Translations under genes and position numbers: made by a program
Assembly (NCBI GenBank): GCA_963827655.1
Contig: CAWHCF010000023.1
Location: forward strand, 96,001 to 160,000
DNA: 64,000 nucleotides
Origin: an uncultured Acidobacteriota bacterium
GTDB lineage: Bacteria; Acidobacteriota; UBA6911
Direction of reading: 5' to 3'
Shown: one piece after another, positions 31,413-42,721 of the stretch
Layout of the letters: each line of letters opens with the position of its first letter
Position numbering within the stretch: the first letter of the stretch is position 1
Notes under the pieces: generated by a model
The model's input: only the letters and a program-made list of their open reading frames with translations
Databases searched by the model: none
Told to the model about the DNA's origin: nothing

Positions 31413-31877
31413 ATGGCCAAAATTATTCAAGGCAATCTGGATGCCACTGGAGGCCGTTTCGCCATCGTGGCCAGCCGCTTCAACTCTTTCATCGTGGACC
31501 GGCTGCTGTCCGCGGCTCTGGATGCCCTGGAAAGAAATGGCGCCCAGCCGGATGATATAACGGTAGTACGAGTTCCGGGTTCGTTCGAAATCCCTCTGGT
31601 CGCCAAAACCCTGGCGATTTCCAAGAAATACGATGCCGTCATCTGCCTGGGCGCGCTGCTGCAGGGGGAAACCCCTCATTTTGACTACATCTGTTCGACC
31701 GTGACCAGGGGAATTGGTTTGGCGAGTCTCGAGTCCGGCGTTCCGGTGATCTATGGCGTTCTGACCTGCAACACGATGGAGCAGGCGATTGATCGGGCAG
31801 GGCTGAAATCAGGCAACGAGGGTTTCGCAGCGGCGATGGCGGCCTTGGAAATGGTTCAAGTTATGAAGCAGATTTAG
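31413..31877 (+). CDS. ribH: 6,7-dimethyl-8-ribityllumazine synthase
   Basis: SRFN, VPGSFEIP, GETPHFDYI and QAIDRAG; adjacent to nusB. Confidence 0.96.
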   Translation: MAKIIQGNLDATGGRFAIVASRFNSFIVDRLLSAALDALERNGAQPDDITVVRVPGSFEIPLVAKTLAISKKYDAVICLGALLQGETPHFDYICSTVTRGIGLASLESGVPVIYGVLTCNTMEQAIDRAGLKSGNEGFAAAMAALEMVQVMKQI

Positions 31878-31930
31878 GGAGCCGCCGGCCGCCTGCTCCT
31901 TCATCGTATTCACAAGCCGAATCACTTGAA

Positions 31931-32356
31931 ATGGGTATGAGACGCGTTGCGCGCGAATGCGCGCTTCAAATGCTTTACGAGATGGACGTCGGCAAGCACG
32001 CGCCGGGAGAAATCTTGAAAACCTTCTGGGAAATGAACCAGCAGCCCGACAAGGTGCGGCAGTTCGCCAACGAACTATTCCAGGGGAGCATCGCGCAGCT
32101 TCAGGAGATCGACGACGTTATCCAGCAGCACACGCAGAACTGGCGCCTCAGCCGCATGGCTGCGGTCGATCGTAACATTCTCCGCGTGGCTGTCTACGAG
32201 CTGATGTCTGACTGGCGGACGCCCAGAACCGTGGTCATCAACGAAGCGCTCGAAATCGCCAAGAAATTCTCCACCAACGAGTCCGCCCAGTTCGTAAACG
32301 GCATCCTTGACAGCATCAAGACCAACCTGGCACCGGCGACGGGGCGTGGAAAGTAG
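31931..32356 (+). CDS. nusB: Transcription antitermination factor NusB
   Basis: RRVARECALQMLY, DRNILR, VVINEALEIAKKF and FVNGILD. Confidence 0.96.
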   Translation: MGMRRVARECALQMLYEMDVGKHAPGEILKTFWEMNQQPDKVRQFANELFQGSIAQLQEIDDVIQQHTQNWRLSRMAAVDRNILRVAVYELMSDWRTPRTVVINEALEIAKKFSTNESAQFVNGILDSIKTNLAPATGRGK

Positions 32357-32423
32357 GACAGACAAGATTCTTCGTGTTTCTTCGTGTCTTTGAGTCTTAG
32401 TGGTATTTGTTTAGGGAATAGGG

Positions 32424-33932
32424 ATGGACCAACCGACTGACCCCTTGGCCCAGCGCCGTCATAAATTGCGAGAATTGAAAGGGCTGGGCTACGAGCCTTA
32501 TCCTCGGAAGTTCGAGTACAGCCACACGGCGGCCGGGATCCGCGCTCAATACGCCTCCACGACGGCGGCCGAGCTTGAGGCGCAGAAGGTCATGGTCCGG
32601 ACCTGCGGCCGGATCATGCGCCTGCGGCCACACGGAAAAGCGGGCTTCCTGGACATCTCAGACGGGGAGCACAATCTACAGGTTTACGTCCGTCAAGATA
32701 CCGTGGGCCAGGAAGGATTCAAGCTGTTTGAGCTCCTCGACCTGGGAGATATCATCGGCACGGAGGGGACTCTGTTCCGGACACGCACGAACGAGTTGAC
32801 GGTGCTGGCCGCTACGCTTCATTTCCTGTCGAAGAGCCTGCTGCCGCTGCCGGAAAAATGGCACGGCCTTACCGATATTGAGACCCGCTTCAGGCAGCGA
32901 TACGTGGATCTGATCGTCAACAAGGACGTGCGCGAGGTCTTCGTCAAACGGAGCCTGATCGTCCGCGAGATCCGCAATTTTCTGGACGCGCGCGGTTATC
33001 TCGAAGTGGAGACCCCCGTGCTGCAAGGCGTCGCGGGGGGAGCCATGGCGCGTCCCTTCAAGACTCATCACCACGCACTCGATATGGAACTCTACCTGCG
33101 CATCGCTCTGGAGCTTCATTTGAAGCGTCTCATCATTGGAGGTATCCCGCGAGTCTATGAACTGAGCCGTATTTTTCGCAATGAAGGGATTTCGACGCAG
33201 CACAATCCGGAATTCACGATGCTGGAGTTCTACCAGGCTTACAGCGACTACCGTGACTTGATGGACCTCACTCAAGTGATGTTCACGCGGGTGATTGAAT
33301 CCGTCGTCGGTTCGCTTGAAATCCCCTTCCAGGAGCACACCCTGGATTTTCGTCAATGGCAGCGCTACTCGATGAAAGAGGCGATCCTGCGCTTCTGGCC
33401 CTCGGACGGACCTCGAATCTCCGAGACGGATCTCGCAAACCAGGACAAACTTCGCGAGCTCTTGCGAGGACTCAACGTTTCCTTCGAGCCGGGGGACGGG
33501 CGCGGCAAGCTGCTGGGGTCTTTGTTTGAGACCGTGGCCGAGTCTCACCTGATCCAGCCGACGTTCATCTACGACTATCCTACCGAGATTTCTCCACTGG
33601 CAAAGACCAAGCCCGATGATCCGGAAACCGTCGAGCGTTTCGAGCTCTACATCGGGGGCATGGAGATTGCCAACGGGTATTCGGAATTGAACGATCCAGC
33701 CGAGCAACGGACACGGTTTGAGGAACAGCTCAAGAGTAGAGAGCTCGGAGACGAGGAGGCTCATGCAATGGACGAAGACTATCTCCGAGCCCTGAGCTAT
33801 GGCATGCCGCCAACCGCCGGTGAGGGAATCGGAATCGATCGTTTGACCATGGTGCTCACGAACTCGCGGTCGATTCGCGATGTGATTCTGTTCCCATTGC
33901 TGCGCCGGGAATCGGAACAGGAGAGGCAGTAA
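32424..33932 (+). CDS. lysS: Lysine--tRNA ligase (class II)
   Basis: [39 protein letters not shown] and [15 protein letters not shown]. Confidence 0.97.
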   Translation: MDQPTDPLAQRRHKLRELKGLGYEPYPRKFEYSHTAAGIRAQYASTTAAELEAQKVMVRTCGRIMRLRPHGKAGFLDISDGEHNLQVYVRQDTVGQEGFKLFELLDLGDIIGTEGTLFRTRTNELTVLAATLHFLSKSLLPLPEKWHGLTDIETRFRQRYVDLIVNKDVREVFVKRSLIVREIRNFLDARGYLEVETPVLQGVAGGAMARPFKTHHHALDMELYLRIALELHLKRLIIGGIPRVYELSRIFRNEGISTQHNPEFTMLEFYQAYSDYRDLMDLTQVMFTRVIESVVGSLEIPFQEHTLDFRQWQRYSMKEAILRFWPSDGPRISETDLANQDKLRELLRGLNVSFEPGDGRGKLLGSLFETVAESHLIQPTFIYDYPTEISPLAKTKPDDPETVERFELYIGGMEIANGYSELNDPAEQRTRFEEQLKSRELGDEEAHAMDEDYLRALSYGMPPTAGEGIGIDRLTMVLTNSRSIRDVILFPLLRRESEQERQ

Positions 33933-34200
33933 GCAGTATCAGGATTCTGCCTGGTCGTGCTGTTCGCAATTACGCTAACGTTCGAAGCTGAGGCCGAAAG
34001 GCATAGGTCCGGCGTAAGAAGTGTGAAAAATTGGTCTGTGGCGGTCATCAGACTGTTACTCGCCCGGTCATGGCGACGTGCTTACCCGTCCGTTCCGTCG
34101 ACGTGCGGGGCTATTCATTGCCGGCCCTAGGCAAAACAGAGCCGCTCTGCCCAATACGTTAGCGTATTTATGAACCAGCCGACTTAGTGCCTACTGCCTA
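33927..34200. repeat. ~275-bp imperfect fold-back element with GCAGTAR/CTACTGC heptamer ends
   Basis: Nested inverted pairs gtcgtgctgttcgcaattacgctaacgt / acgttagcgtatttatgaaccagccgac and gcataggtccggcg / tgccggccctaggc. The ends overlap the lysS stop and abut the lolC/E start. Confidence 0.7.
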
Positions 34201-35455
34201 TGCCCTTCGAGCTCTTTGTCGCTTTTCGCTACCTCAAGGCTAAACGGAAGCAGACGATGGTTTCGGTGATTTCGGGCATATCGATGCTCGGGATCACCGC
34301 CGGCGTGATGGCGCTTGTCATCGCGCTGGCCCTCTCCACCGGATTCAGAGAGGACATCCAGGGCAAGATCATCGGAGCAACGTCTCACATCAATCTCATA
34401 CGGCTGGATGGCACGCCTCTCTCGAACCACGAGGAGCTTGCAGAAAAACTTCGAAGCGTCCCCCACGTCACAGGAATAGCGCCGGCCATTTTCAATCAGG
34501 TTCTTGCCGCCAGCGCGTTTCGCAGTCAGGGAGCCGTGCTTAAAGGCGTGGACCTGCGGCGGGAGAGTGAGGTCTCCGACTTCTTTGCGCACATCGTCGA
34601 GGGAGACCCCAGGCTGATCGAGAAACCGCGGGCCTCCGACGACCCGGAGGCGCCCCCCGCTCCCGAACACTTGATCATGGGAAAAGAAATGGCTCAGACG
34701 CTGGCCGTCAAAGTCGGCGACACGCTCAGGTCCTCGTCCCCAAAGGAAGGCTCACTCCCTTCGGCATGTCGGCCGGGGTGAGAGTCTTTCGCGTGGCGGC
34801 GATATTCGAGTCCGGTCTCTGGGACTATGATGCCAACTGGGCCTACACCAGCCTTGAGACCGCGCGCCGGTTCTTCGCGCTCCCGCCGGGGTCAGTTTCC
34901 GTGCTGCAATTCAAGACCGACGATCTCGAGGGAGTCGAGGAAATCGCCGGGGCTATCCGCTCTGCTGCCGGTGCGGGATACACGACCACGACCTGGATCG
35001 ATCTCAACAAACCGCTCTTTTCGGCCCTGAAGCTGGAAAAACTCGCGCTCTTTATTACGATCAGCCTTATCGTATTCGTGGCTTCATTGAGCATCGTAAC
35101 CACCCTCATCATGATGGTTCTGGAGAAGCAGCGGGACATAGCGATTCTCACGGCCATGGGAGCGTCACAGAAGACCATCATGAAGATCTTTATGCTGCAA
35201 GGTCTGGTTATCGGCGTGGCGGGAACAATCTTGGGAGCTATTCTCGGGGTAGGCGCGTGCTGGATTCTGGATACTTACAAACTGATCCGCCTGCAGGCCG
35301 AGGTCTACAGCATCCCCTACGTTCCGTTCCACGTCAGAATCTGGGACGTGGCGCTCGTTTGCGCAACCGCCTTGCTGATCAGTTTTCTGGCCACGCTCTA
35401 CCCTGCGCGGAATGCGTCAAGACTGGATCCGGTGGAGATACTCCGATATGAGTGA
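34200..35455 (+). CDS. Lipoprotein-releasing ABC permease LolC/E; frameshift at ~34729
   Basis: FELFVAFRYLKAKRK N-terminus and EKQRDIAILTAMGA. One missing base at ctcagg (34725-34730) restores TL(R/Q)VLVPKGRLTPFGMSAGVRVF and joins ORFs 34200..34781 and 34766..35455. Confidence 0.88.
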
Positions 35456-36143
35456 ATTGCTTGTCGTGCAGGATCTCTGCAAGGCCTACACGTCAGGGAA
35501 TCAGCGGCTCCAGATTCTGGTCAACCTTTCACTGATAGTCTCGAAAGGAGAAATGGTGGCTGTCACCGGAGTCTCCGGCTCCGGCAAAAGCACACTACTG
35601 CATCTGCTGGGAGGCATGGAACGTCCCGACCATGGATCGATTCAGATCAACGGGACGGAGATCTCGAAACTAACCGCGTTGGAGCTCTCCTCCTTCCGCA
35701 ACACAACCGTCGGTTTCGTGTTCCAGTTCCATCACCTGCTGCCGGAATTTACCGCCCTGGAAAATGTCGTCATGCCACTCCTGATCCGGGGAGAGCCGCC
35801 GGCCAAGGCCGCGATCACCGGCAGGACACTCCTGGAGCAAGTGGAGCTGCAAACGCGCAGCCATCACAGGCCCGGCGAACTTTCCGGCGGCGAGCAGCAG
35901 CGCGTGGCGTTGGCGCGCGCGCTGGCCGGAAACCCCCGGTTGTTGCTGGCCGATGAGCCGACCGGCAATCTCGATCAGCACACCGGCGAAGAGATCAATC
36001 TCCTCATCCATTCCTTGCACCAGCGCCATGGACTGACGTCGGTATTGGTGACTCACAACGAGAGATTGGCGAGCGCGTCCGATACGGCGTATCGACTGGA
36101 AAACGGTCGTCTAAAGGCAGTAGCAGTAAGCAGTAGGCAGTAA
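35448..36143 (+). CDS. lolD: Lipoprotein-releasing ABC ATPase LolD
   Basis: [35 protein letters not shown] and DEPTGNLD; follows lolC/E. Confidence 0.93.
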   Translation: MSELLVVQDLCKAYTSGNQRLQILVNLSLIVSKGEMVAVTGVSGSGKSTLLHLLGGMERPDHGSIQINGTEISKLTALELSSFRNTTVGFVFQFHHLLPEFTALENVVMPLLIRGEPPAKAAITGRTLLEQVELQTRSHHRPGELSGGEQQRVALARALAGNPRLLLADEPTGNLDQHTGEEINLLIHSLHQRHGLTSVLVTHNERLASASDTAYRLENGRLKAVAVSSRQ

Positions 36144-36203
36144 ACAGCTGATTTACTCCGGTACTGCCTACTGCCTACCGCCTACTGCCTACTGGTTTTT
36201 TTT
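36116..36203 (+). repeat. Inverted (GCAGTAG)n/(CTACTGC)n hairpin followed by a T8 tract; possible terminator
   Basis: ggcagtagcagtaagcagtaggcagta ... tactgcctactgcctaccgcctactgcctactgg-TTTTTTTT. The left arm encodes the LolD tail AVAVSSRQ*. Confidence 0.8.
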
Positions 36204-36251
36204 ATTCTCTATCCGTATAATGCATAATCATTTAGAAATGAGCGCAATCCT

Positions 36252-38693
36252 ATGTTCGAAAAGTATACGGAGAAAGCACGCCGAGTAATATTTTTTGCAC
36301 GGTATGAAGCGAGTCAGTTCGGCAGCCCTTACATAGAAACGGAGCATCTGCTGCTCGGGCTGATTCGCGAAGACAAAAGCCTCACCAATCGCTTCTTTCC
36401 CAAGGCCAACGCCACCATAGACAGCATCCGGAAAGACATTGAAGGCCGGACCCTGATTCGGGATAAGGTATCGACCTCGGTCGATCTCCCCTTCTCCGAC
36501 GAGAGCAAGCGAGCCCTCAACTGCGCCGCAGAGGAATCCGAGCGCCTCTCGCACAAGCATATCGGCACCGAGCACATCCTGCTCGGTCTGCTGCGCGAGG
36601 AGAAATCGGTCGCGGCGGAAATCCTGCGTGAAAGAGGGCTGCGGCTCGGGATGGTACGCGAAGAGCTGGGCCGTGGATCGGGCGACAAACATGCTCAAGG
36701 CCGGACCAAGGAGCCGCTCAGCCTGGTAGAGTTTTCCCGGGATCTCACCGAAGCGGCCATGAATGACGGCCTGGATCCGCTCATCGGCAGAGAGAACGAG
36801 ATCGAACGCATGATCCAGATTCTTTGCCGGAGGACCAAGAACAATCCGGTTCTCATCGGCGAGCCCGGAGTGGGGAAGACGGCCATCGTGGAAGGCCTGT
36901 CGCAGAGAATTGTCAATGGCCAGGTTCCGCCTCAGCTCCTGGACAAGAGGATTCTTGCCCTGGACATTTCACTCATCGTGGCCGGAACGAAATACCGCGG
37001 GCAGTTCGAAGAACGATTGAAGACGATCATGAAGGAGCTGGTGGAGAATCGGAACTTGATCGTTTTTATCGACGAGCTGCACACGCTGGTAGGCGCCGGT
37101 TCCGCCGAAGGATCCCTGGACGCGGCCAATATTCTCAAGCCGGCGCTGTCGCGCGGGGAAATTCAGTGTGTCGGGTCGACTACGCCGTATGAATACCGCC
37201 GCTCCATTGAGAAGGACCGCTCGCTCGAACGCCGATTTCAGGCCATCAAGGTGATCCCTCCCACCGAGCGGGAAAGCGTCACCATACTTCACGGCATCAA
37301 GGAAAAATACGAAAGCTTCCATCAACTCAAGTACACCGACGAGGCTCTGGAAGCGTCCGTGTATCTCTCCAACCGCTACATCCCCGATCGCTTCCTGCCT
37401 GACAAGGCCATCGACCTGATCGATGAGGCCGGAGCTCGGGTCAAGCTGCGGGCCACGGCGATTCCGGAGGAGATGATCAATATCCAGCGGCGCATCCGAG
37501 TCATCGATGGCCGAATCGAAAGCGCCATTTCGGCCCAGGAATTCGAGAAGGCCGCGCGCTACCGGCTCGAAGAAGACATGGAACAGGAGAACCTTCAAAT
37601 CATCAAAGAGCGCTGGAAGCTCAAGACCACCGTCCCTCTGAAGGTCCTGCGCGAAGACATCGAGGAAGTCATCGCCAAATGGACCGGAATCCCGATGTCT
37701 TCCATCCATGAAGAGGAGATGTCGAAGCTGGTTCGGATGGAAGAAGAGCTGCACAAGCGCATCATAAGCCAGGATAAAGCCATCGCCGCCCTGAGCAAGG
37801 CGATCCGCCGCTCGCGCGCCGGCTTGAAGTCGCCCAAGCGGCCGGTCGGGTCGTTCTTGTTTCTGGGACCCACCGGCGTCGGAAAGACCGAGATGGCAAA
37901 ATCTCTCGCCGCTTTCCTGTTCGGAAGCGAAAACGCCATGATCCGGCTTGACATGTCGGAATACATGGAGAAGCACTCGGTCTCCAAGCTCATCGGATCG
38001 CCTCCCGGGTACGTCGGGCATGAAGAAGGAGGACAGCTCACCGAAAAAGTGAAGCGCAACCCTTATTCGGTCTTGCTGCTGGACGAGATCGAGAAGGCCC
38101 ATCCGGACGTTTACAACATTCTGCTGCAAGTCTTCGAGGACGGCCAGCTCACGGATTCCCTGGGCAACGCGATCGACTTCAAGAATTGCATTATCATCAT
38201 GACTTCCAATATCGGGGCCCGCTTCCTGGAGAAGCGTGGACACATGGGCTTTCGCACTACCTCCGATTCAGACAACAAGAAGACCGAAGAGCTGATTCAG
38301 GGTGAGGTAAAGCGGACATTCAACCCCGAATTTCTCAACCGCCTGGATGAAATCATCCTGTTCGAGGCGCTGACCGACGAGGATCTGGAGAAAATCGTCG
38401 ACCTGCTCATCCGGCACGTCAACGAGGTCATGAGCCAGAAGAAAATTTCCATCTCGCTGCGCCCGGAAGTCCGGAAATGGATTGTAGTGAAAACGTGCCA
38501 CGACCGTTCTTACGGCGCCCGGCCGCTCCGGCGCGCGATCCAGCGATACATTGAAGATCCGCTCTCGGAATCCCTGATACAAAACCGAATCCAGCCCCAT
38601 TCCGCTATTGAGATTTCTCTTCAAAAGGACGATTCCCTGGAATACAACGTCGCGAGTGAGCCTGTTGAATCGGGCGACAAGCTGAGCAGCTGA
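36252..38693 (+). CDS. clpC: ATP-dependent Clp protease ATPase subunit ClpC
   Basis: [16 protein letters not shown] Clp-N repeats, two AAA modules ([16 protein letters not shown]), a UVR-like middle domain and a MGF ClpP-docking loop. Confidence 0.93.
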   Translation: MFEKYTEKARRVIFFARYEASQFGSPYIETEHLLLGLIREDKSLTNRFFPKANATIDSIRKDIEGRTLIRDKVSTSVDLPFSDESKRALNCAAEESERLSHKHIGTEHILLGLLREEKSVAAEILRERGLRLGMVREELGRGSGDKHAQGRTKEPLSLVEFSRDLTEAAMNDGLDPLIGRENEIERMIQILCRRTKNNPVLIGEPGVGKTAIVEGLSQRIVNGQVPPQLLDKRILALDISLIVAGTKYRGQFEERLKTIMKELVENRNLIVFIDELHTLVGAGSAEGSLDAANILKPALSRGEIQCVGSTTPYEYRRSIEKDRSLERRFQAIKVIPPTERESVTILHGIKEKYESFHQLKYTDEALEASVYLSNRYIPDRFLPDKAIDLIDEAGARVKLRATAIPEEMINIQRRIRVIDGRIESAISAQEFEKAARYRLEEDMEQENLQIIKERWKLKTTVPLKVLREDIEEVIAKWTGIPMSSIHEEEMSKLVRMEEELHKRIISQDKAIAALSKAIRRSRAGLKSPKRPVGSFLFLGPTGVGKTEMAKSLAAFLFGSENAMIRLDMSEYMEKHSVSKLIGSPPGYVGHEEGGQLTEKVKRNPYSVLLLDEIEKAHPDVYNILLQVFEDGQLTDSLGNAIDFKNCIIIMTSNIGARFLEKRGHMGFRTTSDSDNKKTEELIQGEVKRTFNPEFLNRLDEIILFEALTDEDLEKIVDLLIRHVNEVMSQKKISISLRPEVRKWIVVKTCHDRSYGARPLRRAIQRYIEDPLSESLIQNRIQPHSAIEISLQKDDSLEYNVASEPVESGDKLSS

Positions 38694-38787
38694 TTCTTCG
38701 CCGATCACGCGCGCCGCCGAAAGACGCGAAGAAAAAATGAAACCTCCGATCGAAGTTGAAGTCTAACAACTCCAGGTGAGTTCCATA

Positions 38788-38876
38788 TTAGCGTTTCCTC
38801 GAGTCTTCGTGTCCTAGAGGTTGGTTTTGTTTTGCCGCACCAACCACGAAGTCTCCAAGACACGAAGAAACGCCAA
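38788..38876. repeat. Inverted pair of the ~45-bp 'TCTTCGTG' nonamer repeat family
   Basis: ttagcgtttcctcgagtcttcgtgtcctagaggttggttttgt followed by an inverted copy accaaccacgaagtctccaagacacgaagaaacgccaa. Confidence 0.75.
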
Positions 38877-38964
38877 AGCTCGACTTGGGCTGGATTTCGA
38901 CTCGTGTTTCGTCTAACATTCTCCCCATTCCGATTGCGGATTGAAGACTGGAGCTGGAGGACCG

Positions 38965-41550
38965 ATGTCTGGTTTTAGAAAAACAGGGTTGATTTTCGGG
39001 TTTTTTCTGATGAGCCTGCCGGCTCAGGCCCAGCAACCCGAAAGACCAACAGTTCAGAGCATCGATGTCCGCGGGAACCGTCGCATCCCCGAAGACACAA
39101 TTCGCTTCTACATCCAGTCGCGGCCGGGAGACCCGTACGATCCGGGACGTCTCGAACTCGATTTGAGGGCCTTATACAAAGCCAATTTCTTTGAAACCAT
39201 CGAGGTCGATGAGCGCGATGGAGATACAGGCAAGATCATCACCTTCATATTGAAGGAAAAGCCTCTGATTCGCACCATCAAGTATGAAGGAAACAAGTCA
39301 TTCACCGAATCCAACATCCTGGAGCATTTCAAGGAACGTAAGGTCGGACTGACGGTAGACAGTCAGTACGACCCCGCCAAGATCCGGATGGCCGAACGCG
39401 CCCTGAAGGATCTCATGGAGCGCAACGGGAAACCGCTGGGGACGGTCCGTACTGAAATCGAGCAGGTGCCTCCGTCAAGCGTCAACGCTACCTTCATCAT
39501 GGATGAGGGTCCCAAGGTCCGGATCGGCGAAATCAAGTTCGTCGGTAACAAGGTATTCAAGGACAGCGAGCTCAGGGATGCCCTGAAGCTCACCAAGGAA
39601 CGCGGAATGTTCAGCATTTTCAAGGGGACCGACAAGTTCCACAAGGCCAAGCTCGAAGCCGACATTGAGATGAACCTCAAGGCGTTCTACAAGGAGAACG
39701 GCTATATTCAGGTCCAGGTGGGCGAGCCGGTAACCCGCATATTCGAGGGTTCCCGCGGGTTCGTCCCCATGTTCCGCAAGACCAAGCAACAGTTCTTCGT
39801 GGAAGTCCCGGTCGACTCGGGCGAACAGTACCGGGTGGGTGAATTGAAAATCGAGGGGAGCACGATCTTCAAGAACGACGCCTTGACCAGAGTGTTCGGC
39901 CTGGAACAAGGGGACGTGGTAAACCACAAGAAAATTAAGGACGGCCTGGAGAACATCAAGAAACTATACGGCAATCTCGGTTACATCAACTGGTCCTATC
40001 TTCCGGAGCAAACCTTCGACGAGCAGAACCGGACCATGAACCTGAAGTTCAACTTCGTCGAGGACAAACAGTTCTTCGTCAACCGGATTCACTTTGCGGG
40101 AAACACCAAGACCCGGGATAAGGTGATGCGCCGGGAGTTCGCGCTCGAGGAAGGAAATGTCTTCAGCAGCGCGGCCCTGGATCTGTCGGTGTTGCGCCTC
40201 AACCAATTGGGATTCTTTGAAAAAATCGAAGAGAAGGACTACACGGTCACGCCGGACGCGAAGAACGCGCAGGTGGATGTCACCGTGAAGGTCAAGGAGA
40301 GAAGCCAGCAGTCCATCGGGCTGACCGGCGGGGTGAGCGGGATTTCCGGGAGTTTTCTCGGGCTCAACTATACGACGAACAACTTCCTGGGGCGGGGCGA
40401 GACCCTCGAATTCGCTGTCACCGGGGGGACGCGCACCACGGACTTCCTCATTTCATTTACCGAGCCCTATCTGATGGATTCGCGGTGGAACATGGGCCTT
40501 TCCGTGTTCAACCAGCGCTATCGCTTTGATACCTACAGCCTTTACGGATTTACCGGCGCTCTTACGGGCGGGGATCCCGTCGAGCTTTTCACGCGGCGCA
40601 CCACCGGTACCACGATTTCGCTCAGCCGTCCCCTTGGATATTCGTTCTGGAGACTGGGAGCGAGCTACTCCTACCAGAAGATCGGAATCGGTCGAATCGC
40701 GCCGGGATTCGAGCCCTTCGCCCTGGGGCAGCTGGTCGGATTTGCCCCCGGGGGAAACGCCGCCCAAGCCCTCGAGGGCATTATCCGCAGCGAGGTCACT
40801 CCCACGCTCTCCTACAACACGACCAACCACTACTTCAACCCCACCCGGGGCATGGCCTTGACTATATCGTCGGCCGTCGCAGGCGGCATCCTGGGCGGCG
40901 ATTTCAGCATGATTCGCCCCCTGGTCGAATATCGGCACTTTTTCCCCGACAGATTGATCAGCAAGGGTCGAAATACTTTTGGCTACCGGTTCCTGGGCGA
41001 ATACATCAAGGCGTTCGACGATTCCGTCATACCGTTCTTCGAGCGCTTCTTCATCGGGGGCGAAACCACGCTGCGAGGATTCGACATCCGGTCCATCAGC
41101 CCGCTGGCCATCGCGTCCACGCCCGCTCTGGATCCTCTGGGAAGTCCCGTGATCGACCTGAACACCGGGCTTCCGCGCATCGACCGGAATATCACACCGA
41201 TCGGGGGTGACACTATGGTCATGTTCAACGGAGAGTATCGCATTCCGATCGCCGGCCCTTTGTCAATGGCGCTGTTCTACGACGTGGGCTTCTCGGGCGT
41301 GACCTCGCTGAACAATATAGGAAACCTGGGCAACACCTCGATAAATCTGATCGAGGCGACCAACAACGTGATCCGAGGCTCAAGCGGGGTTGAGATCCAA
41401 TTCTTGTTGCCGGTCGTGAGCGCGCCATTCAGGTTGATCTTTGCCTTCAACCCGCACACTTTCAACGACACCATCCTGGTAGGAACCACGCCGCTTCAGA
41501 TCCGGGAACCGAGAAGAGACATCAAGTTCACCATCGGTCGTAGTTTCTAG
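38965..41550 (+). CDS. bamA: Outer membrane protein assembly factor BamA
   Basis: Signal peptide, POTRA repeats (GNRRI, GNKSF, GNKVF, GNTKTRDKVMRRE), LRGFD loop-6 motif, terminal Phe. Confidence 0.95.
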   Translation: MSGFRKTGLIFGFFLMSLPAQAQQPERPTVQSIDVRGNRRIPEDTIRFYIQSRPGDPYDPGRLELDLRALYKANFFETIEVDERDGDTGKIITFILKEKPLIRTIKYEGNKSFTESNILEHFKERKVGLTVDSQYDPAKIRMAERALKDLMERNGKPLGTVRTEIEQVPPSSVNATFIMDEGPKVRIGEIKFVGNKVFKDSELRDALKLTKERGMFSIFKGTDKFHKAKLEADIEMNLKAFYKENGYIQVQVGEPVTRIFEGSRGFVPMFRKTKQQFFVEVPVDSGEQYRVGELKIEGSTIFKNDALTRVFGLEQGDVVNHKKIKDGLENIKKLYGNLGYINWSYLPEQTFDEQNRTMNLKFNFVEDKQFFVNRIHFAGNTKTRDKVMRREFALEEGNVFSSAALDLSVLRLNQLGFFEKIEEKDYTVTPDAKNAQVDVTVKVKERSQQSIGLTGGVSGISGSFLGLNYTTNNFLGRGETLEFAVTGGTRTTDFLISFTEPYLMDSRWNMGLSVFNQRYRFDTYSLYGFTGALTGGDPVELFTRRTTGTTISLSRPLGYSFWRLGASYSYQKIGIGRIAPGFEPFALGQLVGFAPGGNAAQALEGIIRSEVTPTLSYNTTNHYFNPTRGMALTISSAVAGGILGGDFSMIRPLVEYRHFFPDRLISKGRNTFGYRFLGEYIKAFDDSVIPFFERFFIGGETTLRGFDIRSISPLAIASTPALDPLGSPVIDLNTGLPRIDRNITPIGGDTMVMFNGEYRIPIAGPLSMALFYDVGFSGVTSLNNIGNLGNTSINLIEATNNVIRGSSGVEIQFLLPVVSAPFRLIFAFNPHTFNDTILVGTTPLQIREPRRDIKFTIGRSF

Positions 41551-41559
41551 AGTCGGGCC

Positions 41560-41723
41560 TTAAGGGCTCGCGCAGAAATAACTTCACATTCTGGCGCTAG
41601 GTCGGTGGTCAATCATGAACCGGTTTTTGTTTAGTTACCGCATGCTGAGGATCGCGCCCCTTCGGGCTGCGGCCCGCAGGGGCCTGCAGCAGAAGGCGAA
41701 CTTATTTCTGCGCGAAACCTAAG
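41560..41723. mobile_element. Putative MITE (~165 bp) with imperfect terminal inverted repeats
   Basis: Left end taagggctcgcgcagaaataacttcacattctg; the right end reverse-complements to taggtttcgcgcagaaataagttcgccttctg. No ORF inside. Confidence 0.65.
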
Positions 41724-41969
41724 GTCACCACAAAGTCGCAACGCAATCCTTGCTCGCGACGATGTTTTCGTGCCTCTTTGTGGTTGACTCTGTTCCGTCG
41801 CTCTCATCGCGCAGACACGACGAATAATCTTAGAAATTCAGAGTTTGACCCCTTGTTCCTTCCGTGAAACTATCTTAAACTCGTTTGGTTTGGGGCTTTA
41901 CGATTTCGGGCGCCAGTCCTGCGCCACGGCTTTCGAGAGACCCAAGAACGAAAAAGGAGAATACAATCG

Positions 41970-42635
41970 ATGCTTCAAAGATCGCTCTTCAGCCTTTTTT
42001 TCACCATTGCGTCTCTGACTCTGCCAGGACTTGCGCAGACTCCCTCTGCTCAGCAACCGGCGCAACCAGGTCAGCAGCCGGCACAACCCGCGGCGCAGCC
42101 CAGTCAGCAGCCTCCCCAGAAGCCGCCGGCAGCCCCTACAACACCGGCCGTGATCGGTCCTGCCAAGGTCGCCTGGCTGCATCTCGAACAGGCCATCGTC
42201 ACGTGCGACGAGGGGAAAAAAGAATTCGGAGAAGTGCAAAAATTCGTCGAGAAAAAGAATGCGGAACTGGAGGCCCTTCGCAAAGAGACGGAAACCCTCA
42301 AGAACCAGATGAATGTTCAGGGAGCGAAGCTGACCGACGAGGCGCGGGCCGATCTCGAAGAACAGATCGAAACCAAGGAAACAATCCTCCAGCGCTTTAC
42401 ACAGGATACGCAGAAAGAGATTGACGCCCGCCGCAACCGCTCTACCAATTTCATCGGACGAAAAATGCTTCCGGTCATCGAGAAACTTTCCAAGGAGAAA
42501 GGTTTGAGCGCCGTTGTCTATATCAATCCGACACGCGACGCCTGGGTTGACCCTTCTCTAATCATCACGGAAGAGGTAATCAAGGCTTACAACGCCGCCT
42601 ATCCCGCGGCAGCGACCGCCCCGCCCAAGAAGTGA
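41970..42635 (+). CDS. skp: OmpH/Skp periplasmic chaperone with Pro/Gln-rich N-terminal linker
   Basis: Signal peptide, QQPAQP repeats, coiled-coil body and IITEEVIK C-terminus; located between bamA and fabZ. Confidence 0.85.
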   Translation: MLQRSLFSLFFTIASLTLPGLAQTPSAQQPAQPGQQPAQPAAQPSQQPPQKPPAAPTTPAVIGPAKVAWLHLEQAIVTCDEGKKEFGEVQKFVEKKNAELEALRKETETLKNQMNVQGAKLTDEARADLEEQIETKETILQRFTQDTQKEIDARRNRSTNFIGRKMLPVIEKLSKEKGLSAVVYINPTRDAWVDPSLIITEEVIKAYNAAYPAAATAPPKK

Positions 42636-42653
42636 CGCTTCTGGCACCATCGC

Positions 42654-42689
42654 GGGGATGGCAGCGCGAGTGCTTCCATCCCCTTTTTT
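42654..42689 (+). terminator. Intrinsic terminator after skp
   Basis: GGGGATGGcAGC-GCGAGT-GCTtCCATCCCC stem-loop followed by TTTTTT. Confidence 0.8.
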
Positions 42690-42721
42690 GTGCGCGCCTC
42701 GACCGGCGGACTTAAGGAGTC

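Noticed and set aside
33970-34166. Integron attC site (GCTAAC...GTTAGC)
   Set aside because: The ends do not fit RYYYAAC/GTTRRRY, the span is longer than typical attC sites, and there is no cassette ORF or integrase.
34720-34745. Programmed ribosomal frameshift in lolC/E and at the other split genes
   Set aside because: No slippery heptamer or stimulatory structure is seen. The pattern fits homopolymer indel errors.
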